NCBI GenBank assembly: GCA_963801355.1
Contig: CAWDEM010000008.1
Coordinates: forward strand, 256,001-320,000
DNA length: 64,000 bases
Source: Ignavibacteriota bacterium
Lineage (GTDB): Bacteria > Bacteroidota > Ignavibacteria > UBA10030 > UBA6906
Direction of reading: 5' to 3'
The notes beneath the pieces were generated by a model. It saw only the letters and a program-made list of their open reading frames with translations, searched no databases and had not been told where the DNA came from. The stretch's first letter is position 1, and the number at the start of each line of letters is the position of its first letter. The translations under genes and the position numbers were made by a program. Below are positions 20,652-31,330 of this stretch, piece by piece.

Positions 20652-21110
20652 TCAAGGACCCGGTATTTGCCCCGGGCCGAGATTCTCATCAAGGTGCCTG
20701 AACAACATCGTATAGCAGCTGATCAATTCCTCTTCATCGGAACGTGTGAGCACAATCTGCTCGTCTCCATAGACGAACGATGCAAGAACCGAGACCTCGC
20801 GTTGCGTCTTCGGCCTGATCTTGAGAACCATTAAGATTCTCTTGTTGGTCACGGCCTCATTGACCAATCCGGCCTCCGAGGAAGAGACGCTCAGATTCTT
20901 GTGTCCAATGATCCTTCCTGACTCCTGCTCAAATCTCTCCAGACGGAATCCTTCGTGTATGCTGAACAGACGCACCTGGTCAAAGAACGCAGGCACGGTT
21001 GCCGCGTAGATGCGTGTAGGATTGATATCCCTCAGCCTGGTCCTTTCTGTGGAAGCACAGCTGAGGCCGACACATAGAAGCATGATCGGGAGAGCGTGAT
21101 GACTTGTCAT
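20652..21110 (-). CDS. Hypothetical lipoprotein
   Basis: Lipobox-like 'LLCVGLSCAS'; AGAGGA SD. Confidence 0.65.
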   Translation of the reverse strand: MTSHHALPIMLLCVGLSCASTERTRLRDINPTRIYAATVPAFFDQVRLFSIHEGFRLERFEQESGRIIGHKNLSVSSSEAGLVNEAVTNKRILMVLKIRPKTQREVSVLASFVYGDEQIVLTRSDEEELISCYTMLFRHLDENLGPGQIPGP

Positions 21111-21125
21111 AGGTCCTCTGCTATC

Positions 21126-22154
21126 TTAGTCGGTGGGAAGCATCTCTGCCACCCGGTCTTCCAGCCAATCGCCAAGGGTTTCGAAGCAGAGGGGATTGGC
21201 AAGATGCCCGCGATCATCCATAACGGCAACTCTTTTGTTCAACGTAATGTAGCTGGTCCGCCTCCGCCAGCCCCGGTACTGGACTTTCAGCCATCCATCA
21301 AACGAAAACTGCCACAGCCCCGAATCCGCCAATGGCGTGAGGCTGAACGCGTCGGCGGTGAGGGGATGCTCGAGTCCGTCGCGCAACGCCGTTATAGAGC
21401 CGATGTGAGCGGTGAATCCTTCCTGCTCCAATGTGCCGCGGACGAGAGACTTCAGAAAGTGTGCAAATGAACCATGGTAACTGAGCTGACGGTTTGTCTC
21501 CCACTCCTTCTTCATGTCGTTCGTCGCCCCCTCTATTTCCTCGAATCGCGGGTACACGAGGTACTGCCCCCCTCCTTCGTCAGTGTTCCATGCGAACTTC
21601 GACAGCACGATGGACAGCCGGTACCCCAGGGCATTGTTCTCGACACGAACGATGCTGTCCGTAGAGGCTATCAGCAGGCGCGTCACACTGTCCCTGCGCA
21701 GGTTGATGACCTCGGGATTGAGCAGGCGTGTTTCATCCGCATTGGATGTCTGTCCGATGAATTCCCGCACGAACAGCTTGAGGAGCTTCCTCCACTCCAT
21801 GGGCGCGACGGCAACCGACTGTATCTCCTCGGTCTCCAACAAGCGGGGCTCAAGGATGAAGGTCAATTGGAGCGAATCGGCCACCGCGACATGAACCTGC
21901 CTTGCCTGGAATTGGAATCCCACCAGTGACACCACGAGCGTATAGACGCCAGGCGGGAACCCGGTGACGCGGAAACTGCCGTCAATTCCGGTGCCGGTCC
22001 CGTAGGGAGTGTTAGCCAGAAAAACGTTCGCGTTCGCCAGCGGTGTCCCGCGTTCGCCATCCAGGACCCTCCCGGCTATTGTCGCGTGCTGCGCGGCCAA
22101 ACGGCCGGCACAACAGAACAGCAGCAGGAGGATGAACATCCCCGATCTTTTCAT
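21126..22154 (-). CDS. Secreted protein with N-terminal carboxypeptidase-regulatory-like domain
   Basis: Signal peptide; 'IAGRVLD...PLANANVFL.NT..GT....DG.F.....PPG.Y.LVVS.VG', 'F..EFIG', 'N.ALGY', 'Y.GS..HF', 'MLP.D'. Confidence 0.8.
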   Translation of the reverse strand: MKRSGMFILLLLFCCAGRLAAQHATIAGRVLDGERGTPLANANVFLANTPYGTGTGIDGSFRVTGFPPGVYTLVVSLVGFQFQARQVHVAVADSLQLTFILEPRLLETEEIQSVAVAPMEWRKLLKLFVREFIGQTSNADETRLLNPEVINLRRDSVTRLLIASTDSIVRVENNALGYRLSIVLSKFAWNTDEGGGQYLVYPRFEEIEGATNDMKKEWETNRQLSYHGSFAHFLKSLVRGTLEQEGFTAHIGSITALRDGLEHPLTADAFSLTPLADSGLWQFSFDGWLKVQYRGWRRRTSYITLNKRVAVMDDRGHLANPLCFETLGDWLEDRVAEMLPTD

Positions 22155-22304
22155 TGCGCGGAACGCCCTCCCCGAGAGGATCGTTGGCTGAGATGCATAA
22201 CCGGAGTATACACGAAACGCGAGTCACCTGCAATATCGCGGTTCTTGTGAGGTAACAGGCGCAAGGAAACTACTTCAATTGATCGGCCGATTCATTAGCG
22301 ATAC

Positions 22305-25300
22305 TTAGCGAAGTACCATCATCTTGTTCACCTGCACAAATCGTTTCCCCGGATCGCCCAGGGTCGTTGCTTCGAGCCTGTAGAAATATACGCCACTTGC
22401 AACAACGTTTCCTTCGCTGTTCCTCCCGTTCCACTGTGCGTTGACTTCGCCAGGGTATTGACTTGTGCTCAGGAGAGTCTCGACTTCTCGTCCCAGCAGA
22501 TCGTAGACCTTCAGCGTCACATAGCTCGGATCAGGAACCGTGAACCTGACCGTAGTCCCAGCATTGAATGGATTCGGAAAGTTCTGGTACAGCTGATACG
22601 AGGCCGGAATATAGTCATTCCTGTCGAGTACGAACGTCCACCAGTCCGTCGAACTGGGTGCGTGGTATGTGTCAATGCGTAGCTCCGCGCCCGTACGGAA
22701 GTTGACACGGCGTGCCGGGTACCCGATCCACATCAATGGAACATGCATGGTGGAAATGTCGACTTGAAGGGCGGGATCGGGCGTTTCACTGTACGGTGCA
22801 TCGAATATGAAGAACCACTCTCTGGGACCATCGGCGGCTCCGTTATCATACGGCGTACCTGACAGGGGGGGCTCGTATTTCCCATCCACAAGCCCGAGCG
22901 CGACATTGTTCTCCAGAAATCCTACCATGAGCCGCCGCCGCGGGTTCTCACTGACATCATATGCCGAAAAGGGAAGGCTCCGGGTGTAGTCCTGATAGGC
23001 AAAGACCCCCGACGTATTCCTGATGAAAGAGCTGAACTCCGGCTTTGCGGGGGGAGCACCTGCATTTTGCAGATAGCGGTACGCAAAGCTATTCGCCGAA
23101 TCTGAGGCGGGGGCCGATGCCGACGAGAAGACGATCCGAATGGCATGCTGTCGACTATAGCCGACACCCCCTGACGGCCAATGGTCAAATGCGTTCCCGA
23201 TCGTGCCGCCAAATCCCTCAAGCCCCAAAACGTTTGAGACACCGTACGACGTCCATGGCAGTGCACCCTGGACCGTCTGTAGATTTCTCATCGTCCCCGT
23301 CCGCACATCTGTTGTCCCGCGCAGTATCTTGAAGCCATCGGTGATAAGGATACTGTGCCCGAGCGAATCGGGCAACCGGTGGTTCAGGAGGAGTACTCTC
23401 CCATCCGTCGAGTCCTTGAGTGTGAACCCGTGGCTGCGCGCGACGTCAATAGAATCAACCCCCCGAATGACATAACGATGATTGGTAAACCGGGCGGGAT
23501 CAACCACCAGGAGGCTGAAGTTCCCTGTTGCCTGGCCTCCACTCTGGAAGAGAGAATAGCCCGCTGGCTTGTATGGCAGAGGAGCAACGGGGAAGGAGAT
23601 CGTGTCGGACCAGACGTTTCGGTTTGCATCTGAGAGAAGCACCGGGATCACAACCTCCGCCTCTGTGAAGTCCGATGGAAGCGTCATCGTACAATAGCTC
23701 TGCGGATCCGCCGATTCATAGTGCATGGCATAGGTCGTGCCGGCTGCCATGAGAGGTATCTGGATCTTTGTCTCTCCGGAGGCCAGCAGGACCTGTCCAG
23801 GGGGAAAGAGGCTGAGACTCCTGACGGTGAAGCCGTACCGAATGTTCTCTCCGGGATTCGCTACTCCATCGTTATTGACATTATCGGAAAAGAGCTTCGG
23901 ATCATCGATGTAGATTGGTCCGGCTGTGGTGATGCCCTCCTGCAGGTTATGCCAGAGGTGGACCAGCCCCGAGTGGTCTGTTATCGACATCGCCAGGGAT
24001 ACCGGAGTAGATTGACGGGGGAGCGTGATACTGGAACCGAACACACCATCTCCTGCAAGCCCTTCTCCATGCAGACCATCATCGAGAATTGCGAATTGTG
24101 TGAGCGTGGAGCCATCGGGACTCTCCAGAAGCACAGTTGCATTCTGTGGATGGCCGGGCCTGAAATCTGCCGTCACCCGTACGGAAGCTTCAAGAGTTGA
24201 AGGATAGGTGACTGAAGCCTCTACTCTGGGAGGAATGGGGCGTGCTGGATCTCTGAAGAATGTACCAACTCTCTCTGCATGGGATTTAAGCAGTTGCACG
24301 CTGGATAACCTGTCGGTGCCTTGCGCCACGAGGTGCGCGAGAACAACTTCCTGTGTGTCACCTGTAGCCATCTGAAAGGGTCCGGTCGAAAGCATGCAGC
24401 GGCGATCGCCGGGGGGAACGAGTGATCCGTCCACCCATCCCTGGGCGGTCACGGGATCACCCGAAAAGGTGAATGTTGTGGCGAGACCCGTTGTCGGGTC
24501 GATGAAAGCGTCGCCGGAATCTGCCGTCGTACCCTTCATATTCCGATACCATTGAATTTCACCTCCAAACCCAGTTGCCGGATCGTGAAACAATCTCGCT
24601 CCGCTCATTATTCCCACAAAAGCGGTCATACCACGATTCCTGTAGCCGTAGCGAAAACCTCCCTGAAACAGAGCTGTATCACCTGGTCCACCTGCAATCA
24701 TCGGGCCCTGCAGCAGTGTGAAGCCGACGGCCGGCGGCGAGGCACCATATGAACCATCGTTCGCCTGGCCGTTGAACGCATAGCCCAGGCTCCTCGAAGA
24801 ATCGCACCCGATAAGATCGTCAGTTGCATCACCGAGATCCGGATCAAACCATTGTGCGATGTACATGCTGTCGATGGGGGCACCACTTGCGTTGATGATC
24901 TTCGTGGCAATGAATATTGTATTTGCGAAAAAATCTCCCCGTGCGTACCCCCAGACCGTCCGTTGGAATTCGAGACCGATGACCGGAGAGCCCGCGAGAC
25001 TGTTGACACGGGCCAGATCGCCATCATTTGCCACATACCAGAGTGTCTGATCAGCCCCGGGACAGCCAGGGATATCAGTCGCAGACTCATAGGTCCCGTT
25101 GCCATTGAGATCACGGTACGGTGCACCATCGGTGGCGGGCCATTCGATCCAGTCTCGGATGTACTGATCGTAGAGCTCCCGTGCCGACACTGGAGCGTAG
25201 CGACTTATCAGTGACACTTCCTGCCGATTGAGAGTCGTCGCCATCGTGGGATCAAAAGGCGTGGCAGGTGTGACGTCAGGTCTGACACGGTAGATCCTGT

Positions 25301-25739
25301 ATCTGGGAAGCGAGGGGTCGTCGGCGACGGGATCTGCCGCAGCCGATCCCGGTGAGAGCACTCTGCCTGCCTGGAGAGCATGCCTGTAGACCGAACCGCC
25401 GACCTTGGGCAGGGAGCGCCCTTTGTGATAGCCTCCCCATACTATCCCGTCTTCGAAGGTGGTTGTCTTTCCACTCCCCTGGGGAAACTCAAATCCACCG
25501 CCGAACCGATCGAGCATGTTGTAGGAGCCGTCGCCGTTGTTCCCGTAGTAGTTGAACACACGATTGATAAGGAAGGGGGCATAGAACTCGTTTGTGACGG
25601 TTTTGACCGGCAACTGGACCTTGGGGGGGTGCTGAGCGAGCACCGGAATGTTTGAAACCAGGAGGGAGAGAACGGCCGCAGCGCAACACACGAGAACATC
25701 TTTTCGCAACGCGGCCCCAATGACCATCGGCTTCACCAA
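22305..25739 (-). CDS. Large secreted protein with T9SS/FlgD-Ig C-terminal domain and a choice-of-anchor-X-like motif
   Basis: Signal peptide; 'FEFPQGSGKT..F.DG..WGG', 'DPDLG...DD..GCD', 'PGDRR...STGPF', 'LDDGLHGEGLAGDGVF'; C-terminus 'LYQNFPNPFN...LKVYDLLGREV...WNG...ASGVYFYRL...KMMVLR'. Confidence 0.85.
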   Translation of the reverse strand: MVKPMVIGAALRKDVLVCCAAAVLSLLVSNIPVLAQHPPKVQLPVKTVTNEFYAPFLINRVFNYYGNNGDGSYNMLDRFGGGFEFPQGSGKTTTFEDGIVWGGYHKGRSLPKVGGSVYRHALQAGRVLSPGSAAADPVADDPSLPRYRIYRVRPDVTPATPFDPTMATTLNRQEVSLISRYAPVSARELYDQYIRDWIEWPATDGAPYRDLNGNGTYESATDIPGCPGADQTLWYVANDGDLARVNSLAGSPVIGLEFQRTVWGYARGDFFANTIFIATKIINASGAPIDSMYIAQWFDPDLGDATDDLIGCDSSRSLGYAFNGQANDGSYGASPPAVGFTLLQGPMIAGGPGDTALFQGGFRYGYRNRGMTAFVGIMSGARLFHDPATGFGGEIQWYRNMKGTTADSGDAFIDPTTGLATTFTFSGDPVTAQGWVDGSLVPPGDRRCMLSTGPFQMATGDTQEVVLAHLVAQGTDRLSSVQLLKSHAERVGTFFRDPARPIPPRVEASVTYPSTLEASVRVTADFRPGHPQNATVLLESPDGSTLTQFAILDDGLHGEGLAGDGVFGSSITLPRQSTPVSLAMSITDHSGLVHLWHNLQEGITTAGPIYIDDPKLFSDNVNNDGVANPGENIRYGFTVRSLSLFPPGQVLLASGETKIQIPLMAAGTTYAMHYESADPQSYCTMTLPSDFTEAEVVIPVLLSDANRNVWSDTISFPVAPLPYKPAGYSLFQSGGQATGNFSLLVVDPARFTNHRYVIRGVDSIDVARSHGFTLKDSTDGRVLLLNHRLPDSLGHSILITDGFKILRGTTDVRTGTMRNLQTVQGALPWTSYGVSNVLGLEGFGGTIGNAFDHWPSGGVGYSRQHAIRIVFSSASAPASDSANSFAYRYLQNAGAPPAKPEFSSFIRNTSGVFAYQDYTRSLPFSAYDVSENPRRRLMVGFLENNVALGLVDGKYEPPLSGTPYDNGAADGPREWFFIFDAPYSETPDPALQVDISTMHVPLMWIGYPARRVNFRTGAELRIDTYHAPSSTDWWTFVLDRNDYIPASYQLYQNFPNPFNAGTTVRFTVPDPSYVTLKVYDLLGREVETLLSTSQYPGEVNAQWNGRNSEGNVVASGVYFYRLEATTLGDPGKRFVQVNKMMVLR

Positions 25740-25765
25740 TGGAATCTCAGTGTATGTCTACAGTT

Positions 25766-27883
25766 TCATCGAGCAACCATCTTGTCATCGGAGGGAATCT
25801 TGCGATTATTCAAGATACTTGCCAGTTGTTTCCGTGCAAGCTCAAAGGAGTGGTTGTCTTCCTTGTAGATCGGGTATGTCCTGACCACACCATCGCCGAA
25901 TACTGCCCCGACGCTTTCAACTCTCCCGACGGGGTTGTACCGTTTCCACTGTCTGGCATCATTGAAGGCCGCCGGTACGATGGTATCCACTATTGCAGTT
26001 ACGGCGGTCGGATTCACTCGATCCGCCATGTACAGGTACTCGTAATCCTGAATCCCCCGGCGATACATCTTCATACGAATACTGGCGATAGGCCCCCTGT
26101 ATTTGCGATCATCCCTTGGGAAATATGTTGAGGAAGCATTACCCGGGATCAGCCTCTCTTCCCCGCTATAGAGCCAGGACGCCCCGTGCGCATCGGCGGC
26201 AGCCCAGGGGTTCTGCGTATCCTCCGGCCACCTGGCACCAGGGTACCGGCGTTCCGCCCAGAAGGCCGTTTCCCAGAGCATGTACATGTCCACGTCATAC
26301 TTGAACAGAATCCATGGATTCACCCGCATTTCTGTCGGCGGCAGATCAAGATACGGGATGCCTCCGTAGTCAGGACGCTGACCGTTGTAGACACCAGCAA
26401 GACGATGGCCGCCGGCAGGGGCAGGAAGAGCTCTTACTTTCTCAGCAGTATACACCGGACTTCCGCCGGGATGACCATCCCATCCGCTCTCAACGTTGTA
26501 TCCGAACCACGGGCCGGCAGGGCCGCAACTAAGGAAGGCATCCATTCCTTCCGCCACCAGGTCAATGTTCAGCGGCTCAAGGGGCGGTTCTGGAAATGGC
26601 TTTGTGTACAGATGAGTGGTAACCAGCACCTTCAAGCTCTTTCCTACCCCGGGGTTATTATGCATCCAGTGCAGTTGTTGGACCGTGGTCGGGAGATACC
26701 TGGCGTTGAAATTCAACGGTTCGTCGCATGAATAAAAGAAACGCCAGGCCTTTGGCGCATTGGTGATAAACCACTGCTCCCAGAGGTTTGCGGAGGTCCA
26801 AAATCCTTCCTGCGTGTTCGTCTCAAAGCTCATCCTCTCGGGATGGTGCGGCATGGCAAACTGCCCGATAAGATACATGTTGTCGCCCACACCCGTGCCG
26901 GGGCCCGCGTATCCGCGCGCAGCCGTATAGCCCGCGCCGGTGAGGTAGTCGCCGTAGAACTTCGTCTTTCTTTTGCCGCCCGCGAAATTCTCGTATCGCA
27001 TAACATGGGTCAGGTTCTGGCGATGACGGTGCATCATCAACTTGTACTTGTGGATGAGGCTGATATACTCCGCCGAGAACGTTCCGTCATAGTTCTCCGG
27101 AGGCAACCCGTGGGCCACGACGTTGCTGTAACTCCCAAAGAAGGAATTATGCAGATGAGTTGAGTCTGAGAGCGTGATGTTGTAGACGGTCAGGTTCACC
27201 GGTATGGACTGCATATCCACCCCGCCCTTCGAGACGACGACTTGCCCGTGGTAATCTCCGGCAGGGGAGCTCTTGGGAATGTATATGTCGATCCAGACAC
27301 CTTGTGTGTTGTTTGCGGCAATGTGAAACGGAGCGCCACCTTGCCCGTTGGCATAGTCACCGCTATCGGCCTCGATGGGCACGAGGGCATCAGGCACCCA
27401 GCCCATGTACGCGGAAGTATCCGTGTCAGATCCCACCCGGCCCTTGTGCAGTTGCCTGGTTATTTGCAGGTACTGTTCCACAAACAGTTCGATATTCCGC
27501 CCCACGTACTGAAGCGGATCGTCGGATCTGTTCCTGATGAAGTTTGTGCCGTCAGTCAATCTGTCCAAACGAACATCAAGCCCGGAAACGGCCGAGTCCG
27601 TGGCGATAATGAGCTGGAAGGCAACCACCTCATTCCTTGCTCCTGCAAGAACCACCCTTCCATTGCGCCAGACGGTATTACCCGTGTCATTCCGTGACCA
27701 GTGATTGATGTCGTTCTGTTTGACGCGAATGCCATCGTCGACAGCCCACACAACAATGCCATGAGAGCCGTGGCTTTGAGAAACAACATCGTGTGTATTC
27801 TTTGGTACGCCGGCCTTCTTTGTGCAATCCGTGCTCCCTAAGGCCAGGACAAGGAGACCCGTGATGAGCAGCTGGTATCTCAT
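25766..27883 (-). CDS. Secreted DUF4091 / GH123-like protein
   Basis: 'LAGARNEVVAFQL', 'PDALVP', 'VWIDIYIP', 'DEP', C-terminal 'GP..SIR.K..RRGIQDYEYL'. Start taken at MRYQLL (signal peptide) rather than the ORF-track start 27967. Confidence 0.72.
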   Translation of the reverse strand: MRYQLLITGLLVLALGSTDCTKKAGVPKNTHDVVSQSHGSHGIVVWAVDDGIRVKQNDINHWSRNDTGNTVWRNGRVVLAGARNEVVAFQLIIATDSAVSGLDVRLDRLTDGTNFIRNRSDDPLQYVGRNIELFVEQYLQITRQLHKGRVGSDTDTSAYMGWVPDALVPIEADSGDYANGQGGAPFHIAANNTQGVWIDIYIPKSSPAGDYHGQVVVSKGGVDMQSIPVNLTVYNITLSDSTHLHNSFFGSYSNVVAHGLPPENYDGTFSAEYISLIHKYKLMMHRHRQNLTHVMRYENFAGGKRKTKFYGDYLTGAGYTAARGYAGPGTGVGDNMYLIGQFAMPHHPERMSFETNTQEGFWTSANLWEQWFITNAPKAWRFFYSCDEPLNFNARYLPTTVQQLHWMHNNPGVGKSLKVLVTTHLYTKPFPEPPLEPLNIDLVAEGMDAFLSCGPAGPWFGYNVESGWDGHPGGSPVYTAEKVRALPAPAGGHRLAGVYNGQRPDYGGIPYLDLPPTEMRVNPWILFKYDVDMYMLWETAFWAERRYPGARWPEDTQNPWAAADAHGASWLYSGEERLIPGNASSTYFPRDDRKYRGPIASIRMKMYRRGIQDYEYLYMADRVNPTAVTAIVDTIVPAAFNDARQWKRYNPVGRVESVGAVFGDGVVRTYPIYKEDNHSFELARKQLASILNNRKIPSDDKMVAR

Positions 27884-27998
27884 TGAAGTCACTCTACACA
27901 ACCGTTGCCTGCGGTTCTTGGAAGATGGGCATGATGTGGACATGTGGCAAGAGGTGAGCACTTTCATGCAATAGCGACGTGAGGAAATCGAACATCGG

Positions 27999-28085
27999 CG
28001 GAGAGGGTGGGATTCGAACCCACGATACCCTTACGAGTATACCACCTTTCCAGGGTGGCCAGTTCAACCGCTCCTGCACCTCTCC
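27999..28085 (-). tRNA. tRNA-Ser(GGA), CCA not encoded
   Basis: Minus strand GGAGAGG...CCACC-CTGGAAA-GGTGG...long variable arm...GGTTCGAATCC...CCTCTCC-G, followed by CCG. Confidence 0.95.
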
Positions 28086-28101
28086 AGGTGTAGTGCATTC
28101 A

Positions 28102-28130
28102 AATATAAAAAAAGACCCACCGATTTGCAA
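28102..28130 (-). promoter_or_regulatory. Promoter of tRNA-Ser (TTGCAA-17-TATATT)
   Basis: 17-bp spacing; the -10 region TATATTTG also fits the Bacteroidota TAnnTTTG element. Confidence 0.6.
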
Positions 28131-28257
28131 TTGATTGGGAAGCGATCCGCTCAATCCTGAGGAAATCGATTCATTCGATGTGATGTGGATCGATATAGTC
28201 ATCCCCGGTCTAAGCCGATTCCATTTGTTCTCACGGAATGATATATTGTCCCTCATT

Positions 28258-29754
28258 GTGACGCACACAAGCGGTCATATTGCACGCAGTGCCGTCTGGA
28301 ACCATGTCGGCAAGGTAGCCGAGTACACGCTGTTTTTTTTCTCCACAGTCGTCATCGCAAGAGGGCTCGGAGTGGAGGGGAATGGACGGCTGGCCGGCAT
28401 GCTGAGCCTCGTGCAATTGTTCATCGTGTTATCCTCTGCCGGCGTGGAGGTCTCCCTGAACAGGTTCCTGCCACAGGTGGGAGAGGCGGGTCCGCAGACA
28501 AGATATCTCGTACGAAGACTCCTGCTCATGCGTGTCAGTCTCTATGCCGGCGTTTGCGCGGTCGGCATGGCGGCACTCCATTTTGTGTTCCCCGCACCAG
28601 GCAAAGGATGGGCCGAGTATCTGGGTCTGCTTGTCTCTCTGGGATTGCTGCGGGGTGCGGCGCCGGTTCTGGGCATGCTGCTCGTTGCCCGGTTCCGGAC
28701 CGGCCGGGCCGCAGTTGTCGGAGTCTTGGCGCGCGGCGCTGAGTTGCTGGCGTTGCTCGCTGCCGGGAGCGCCCTGAGCGTTCCCAGCGTGTTGGCAATC
28801 CTGCTTGGCGGATCCGCCATGCAGGTCCTCGGGTATTTGTTGGCATCGAAAGCGGAATGGGCCGGGGAGGTGCGCCCGATGGCCGTGGCCCCCGTGATTG
28901 CTTTTGGTGCTGCATTCTGGTTGAACACCATCACTGACTACTTCCTGGGACGCCAGGGAGATGTGGTGTTTCTGACTATGCTGCTCCCGGAGAGCTCTCC
29001 GGCATCTTTGTATGATGTCGCCTATTCAATAGTTCAAGTCGGACTCCTTGTTCTCACCGTGGGGTTTGGGGGTGTGTCGCTGGCCGCCTTATCGCAGTAC
29101 GCCGCGACTGACCATGCGCGGATGAATTCCCTATATGCCACAGTTGTGCGAATTACATCGTTTCTCACCATTCCGGTTCTCGGCTTTCTTATCGTCTGCG
29201 CGCCGCAACTGCTCAGCATTGTCTATACGGGCGACTATGCGGGAGCCGTGGTCATACTCAGGATTATCCTCGGTTTCCGGATACTCTCCCGCATGTTTGC
29301 GACAGGGGAGAACACAGACTACCTCCTGGCGCTTGGTCGAGTTTGGACAGTCGTGCGGATCGGTGCTGTAGCAGCTTGCGTCACGGTCGCGATGCATCTT
29401 GTCCTGATCCCCCGATGGGGCGCGATTGGAGCTGCATGTGCAGGTGGCACCGGAGTGCTCCTCTTCAACCTTCTGGGGGGCTTCTCGGTGGTGAGACTCG
29501 GCGGTGTCAACATGCAGTGGATCGCCTGGGTGCGAATCGTGGCGGCTGCATTCGTCGCAGGAGGGGTGGCACTCCTCCTTCCGGACTTCAGCGATTCCCT
29601 TATCAGTGTCTGCCTTTCCGCAGTTGTCTTCTTGCCGGCATTTATGCTTCTTGTGATCATTCTGCGTCCTTTGCACAAGCAGGACCTGGATGCTGTCAGC
29701 GCGGCTCTGGGGGGCTTGCCACGGCCGTTGCGAATGATTGCAGGATCACGATGA
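28258..29754 (+). CDS. wzx: Wzx-type oligosaccharide flippase (MOP superfamily)
   Basis: About 12-14 TM helices; 'SAVWN..GK', 'ARGLG.EG.G', 'D..FL', 'Y..A', 'LIPRWGAIGAA'. GTG start at 28258 inferred. Confidence 0.82.
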   Translation: MTHTSGHIARSAVWNHVGKVAEYTLFFFSTVVIARGLGVEGNGRLAGMLSLVQLFIVLSSAGVEVSLNRFLPQVGEAGPQTRYLVRRLLLMRVSLYAGVCAVGMAALHFVFPAPGKGWAEYLGLLVSLGLLRGAAPVLGMLLVARFRTGRAAVVGVLARGAELLALLAAGSALSVPSVLAILLGGSAMQVLGYLLASKAEWAGEVRPMAVAPVIAFGAAFWLNTITDYFLGRQGDVVFLTMLLPESSPASLYDVAYSIVQVGLLVLTVGFGGVSLAALSQYAATDHARMNSLYATVVRITSFLTIPVLGFLIVCAPQLLSIVYTGDYAGAVVILRIILGFRILSRMFATGENTDYLLALGRVWTVVRIGAVAACVTVAMHLVLIPRWGAIGAACAGGTGVLLFNLLGGFSVVRLGGVNMQWIAWVRIVAAAFVAGGVALLLPDFSDSLISVCLSAVVFLPAFMLLVIILRPLHKQDLDAVSAALGGLPRPLRMIAGSR

Positions 29755-29809
29755 ATGAGGATTCCACTGTGGCTGCAGGGCACCTAGATTTCTTCAGAAG
29801 GATTCTTGC

Positions 29810-31330
29810 ATGACGAAGGAAGAAGTCCGCGGTCGGCTTTGGATATACCTGGCGGTACTCCTATCGGCAGGGCATGTTGCACTGATCTGGTGGTACAGGT
29901 TTATCCCGGTCTACGACTACCCGAACTGGCTCTATCAGGCACGAATTCTTGCAGACCTGGTAAAAGAAGAATCGACGTTTGCTCAGCAATATGCGATCCA
30001 GTGTTTGCCAGTTCCGAATGCGACATTCTCGATACTAGTCGCAATTCTCGGACAAATTTTCTCGTTTGAAGTCGCTGGGAAGATTCTTTTGACTATCTCA
30101 GTGCTGTTGTTCCCCTGGGGATTCTGGTTCGCCTCCAGGAGGTTTGGCGCGAAGCGGGATTCTGCGGTGCTGTATATGGGATTTCCGTTTGCCGTGACCA
30201 TGTTTGCACTAAACGCTCAGAATTATACGCTTGCGCTCGGGATGCTCTTCTGGTTCCTCGGGCTGTTCATGGTCACGTTCCATGGGCGCTCCCGCACAAT
30301 ATGGGTGCTGATGTCAGCATCAATCTGTCTAATCTTCCTCACGCACGGAGCCATCTATGGTGTGCTCGTGGTGCTCCTCATCAATGCGGCTCTGACACAG
30401 CCATGGGGCACGCGAATGCGGATCGGGATGACCCTTGTTCCATCAGTTGCGTTGGCCGTCTGGCATGTCGCGGTAATGCTTCCACAGCCATCTGACAATA
30501 CCGTGTGGGGCACGATTACCTTTGCTCGCCATTTCGTCAAGCCGCTCTGTATCTTCCTAAAATCGTATGGGATTGCTCCACCGTTCCCTCCGACATATCT
30601 GAATGTTGCGTGGATGGCAGCGATCGGGCTCTTTGCTCTTGTCTTGGGGAGGGGGGCTGTCCGTTCTCGATCTGTTCGCTGGTGGATTGCGGGGAGTGGG
30701 GGAGTGCTGATGCTCCTCGCGCTCTTCCTCCCCGACCCCGCTCTTGGCATGGCGCAACCAGGCGCACGCTTCATGTTTCCCGCCGCTTTTCTTCTGCTTC
30801 TCTCCGTAAGCGCTGGCAAAGAGATGCGGGGCTGGCACCTTCTGATCCTTGGTTCCGGATTTGTGGCATTGCTGTACAACTTCGCTTTCTTCCGTTCATT
30901 TGACAATCGAGCCGCGGGGCTCACTGTAGACCTTCACGCGATAGGCGTCGTACGTGAACCGGTGTATATCATCGGATTGGACTGGGATGTGGGGGCCGAT
31001 GCATCGTCCAGAATTGCACCTTCGATCAACGCTATGTCCTTCGTACCGCTCTACACCTTTTCCGAACGCGGGATCACGTACAGCATATTCGAGACTGGGC
31101 TGGTGAGGATGAAAGATACGCTCCGCAGTCTGTATCCGGTTATTACCGGGTCCGATCTTACGACTTGGTTTGCGTTAATGTTCTCGGATCCTGCTCGATT
31201 TGTCCGCTTCAGATCGATTCTAGTGTTCGGAGACGGTCTGTTGGTCGAAGAGGCCACGAATATTCTCCGCGATAGGGGATTCATGATTGAGGTACGCAGG
31301 CCCGGTTGGCGCATCCTCGTTCGGGAATGA
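29810..31330 (+). CDS. Polytopic membrane protein, GT-C-fold-like (paralogue 1)
   Basis: First loop 'PVYDYPNWLYQARIL', 'PVPN', 'AGKI', 'FLTHG', 'RFMFP', soluble C-terminal tail; function inferred from topology and context. Confidence 0.55.
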   Translation: MTKEEVRGRLWIYLAVLLSAGHVALIWWYRFIPVYDYPNWLYQARILADLVKEESTFAQQYAIQCLPVPNATFSILVAILGQIFSFEVAGKILLTISVLLFPWGFWFASRRFGAKRDSAVLYMGFPFAVTMFALNAQNYTLALGMLFWFLGLFMVTFHGRSRTIWVLMSASICLIFLTHGAIYGVLVVLLINAALTQPWGTRMRIGMTLVPSVALAVWHVAVMLPQPSDNTVWGTITFARHFVKPLCIFLKSYGIAPPFPPTYLNVAWMAAIGLFALVLGRGAVRSRSVRWWIAGSGGVLMLLALFLPDPALGMAQPGARFMFPAAFLLLLSVSAGKEMRGWHLLILGSGFVALLYNFAFFRSFDNRAAGLTVDLHAIGVVREPVYIIGLDWDVGADASSRIAPSINAMSFVPLYTFSERGITYSIFETGLVRMKDTLRSLYPVITGSDLTTWFALMFSDPARFVRFRSILVFGDGLLVEEATNILRDRGFMIEVRRPGWRILVRE

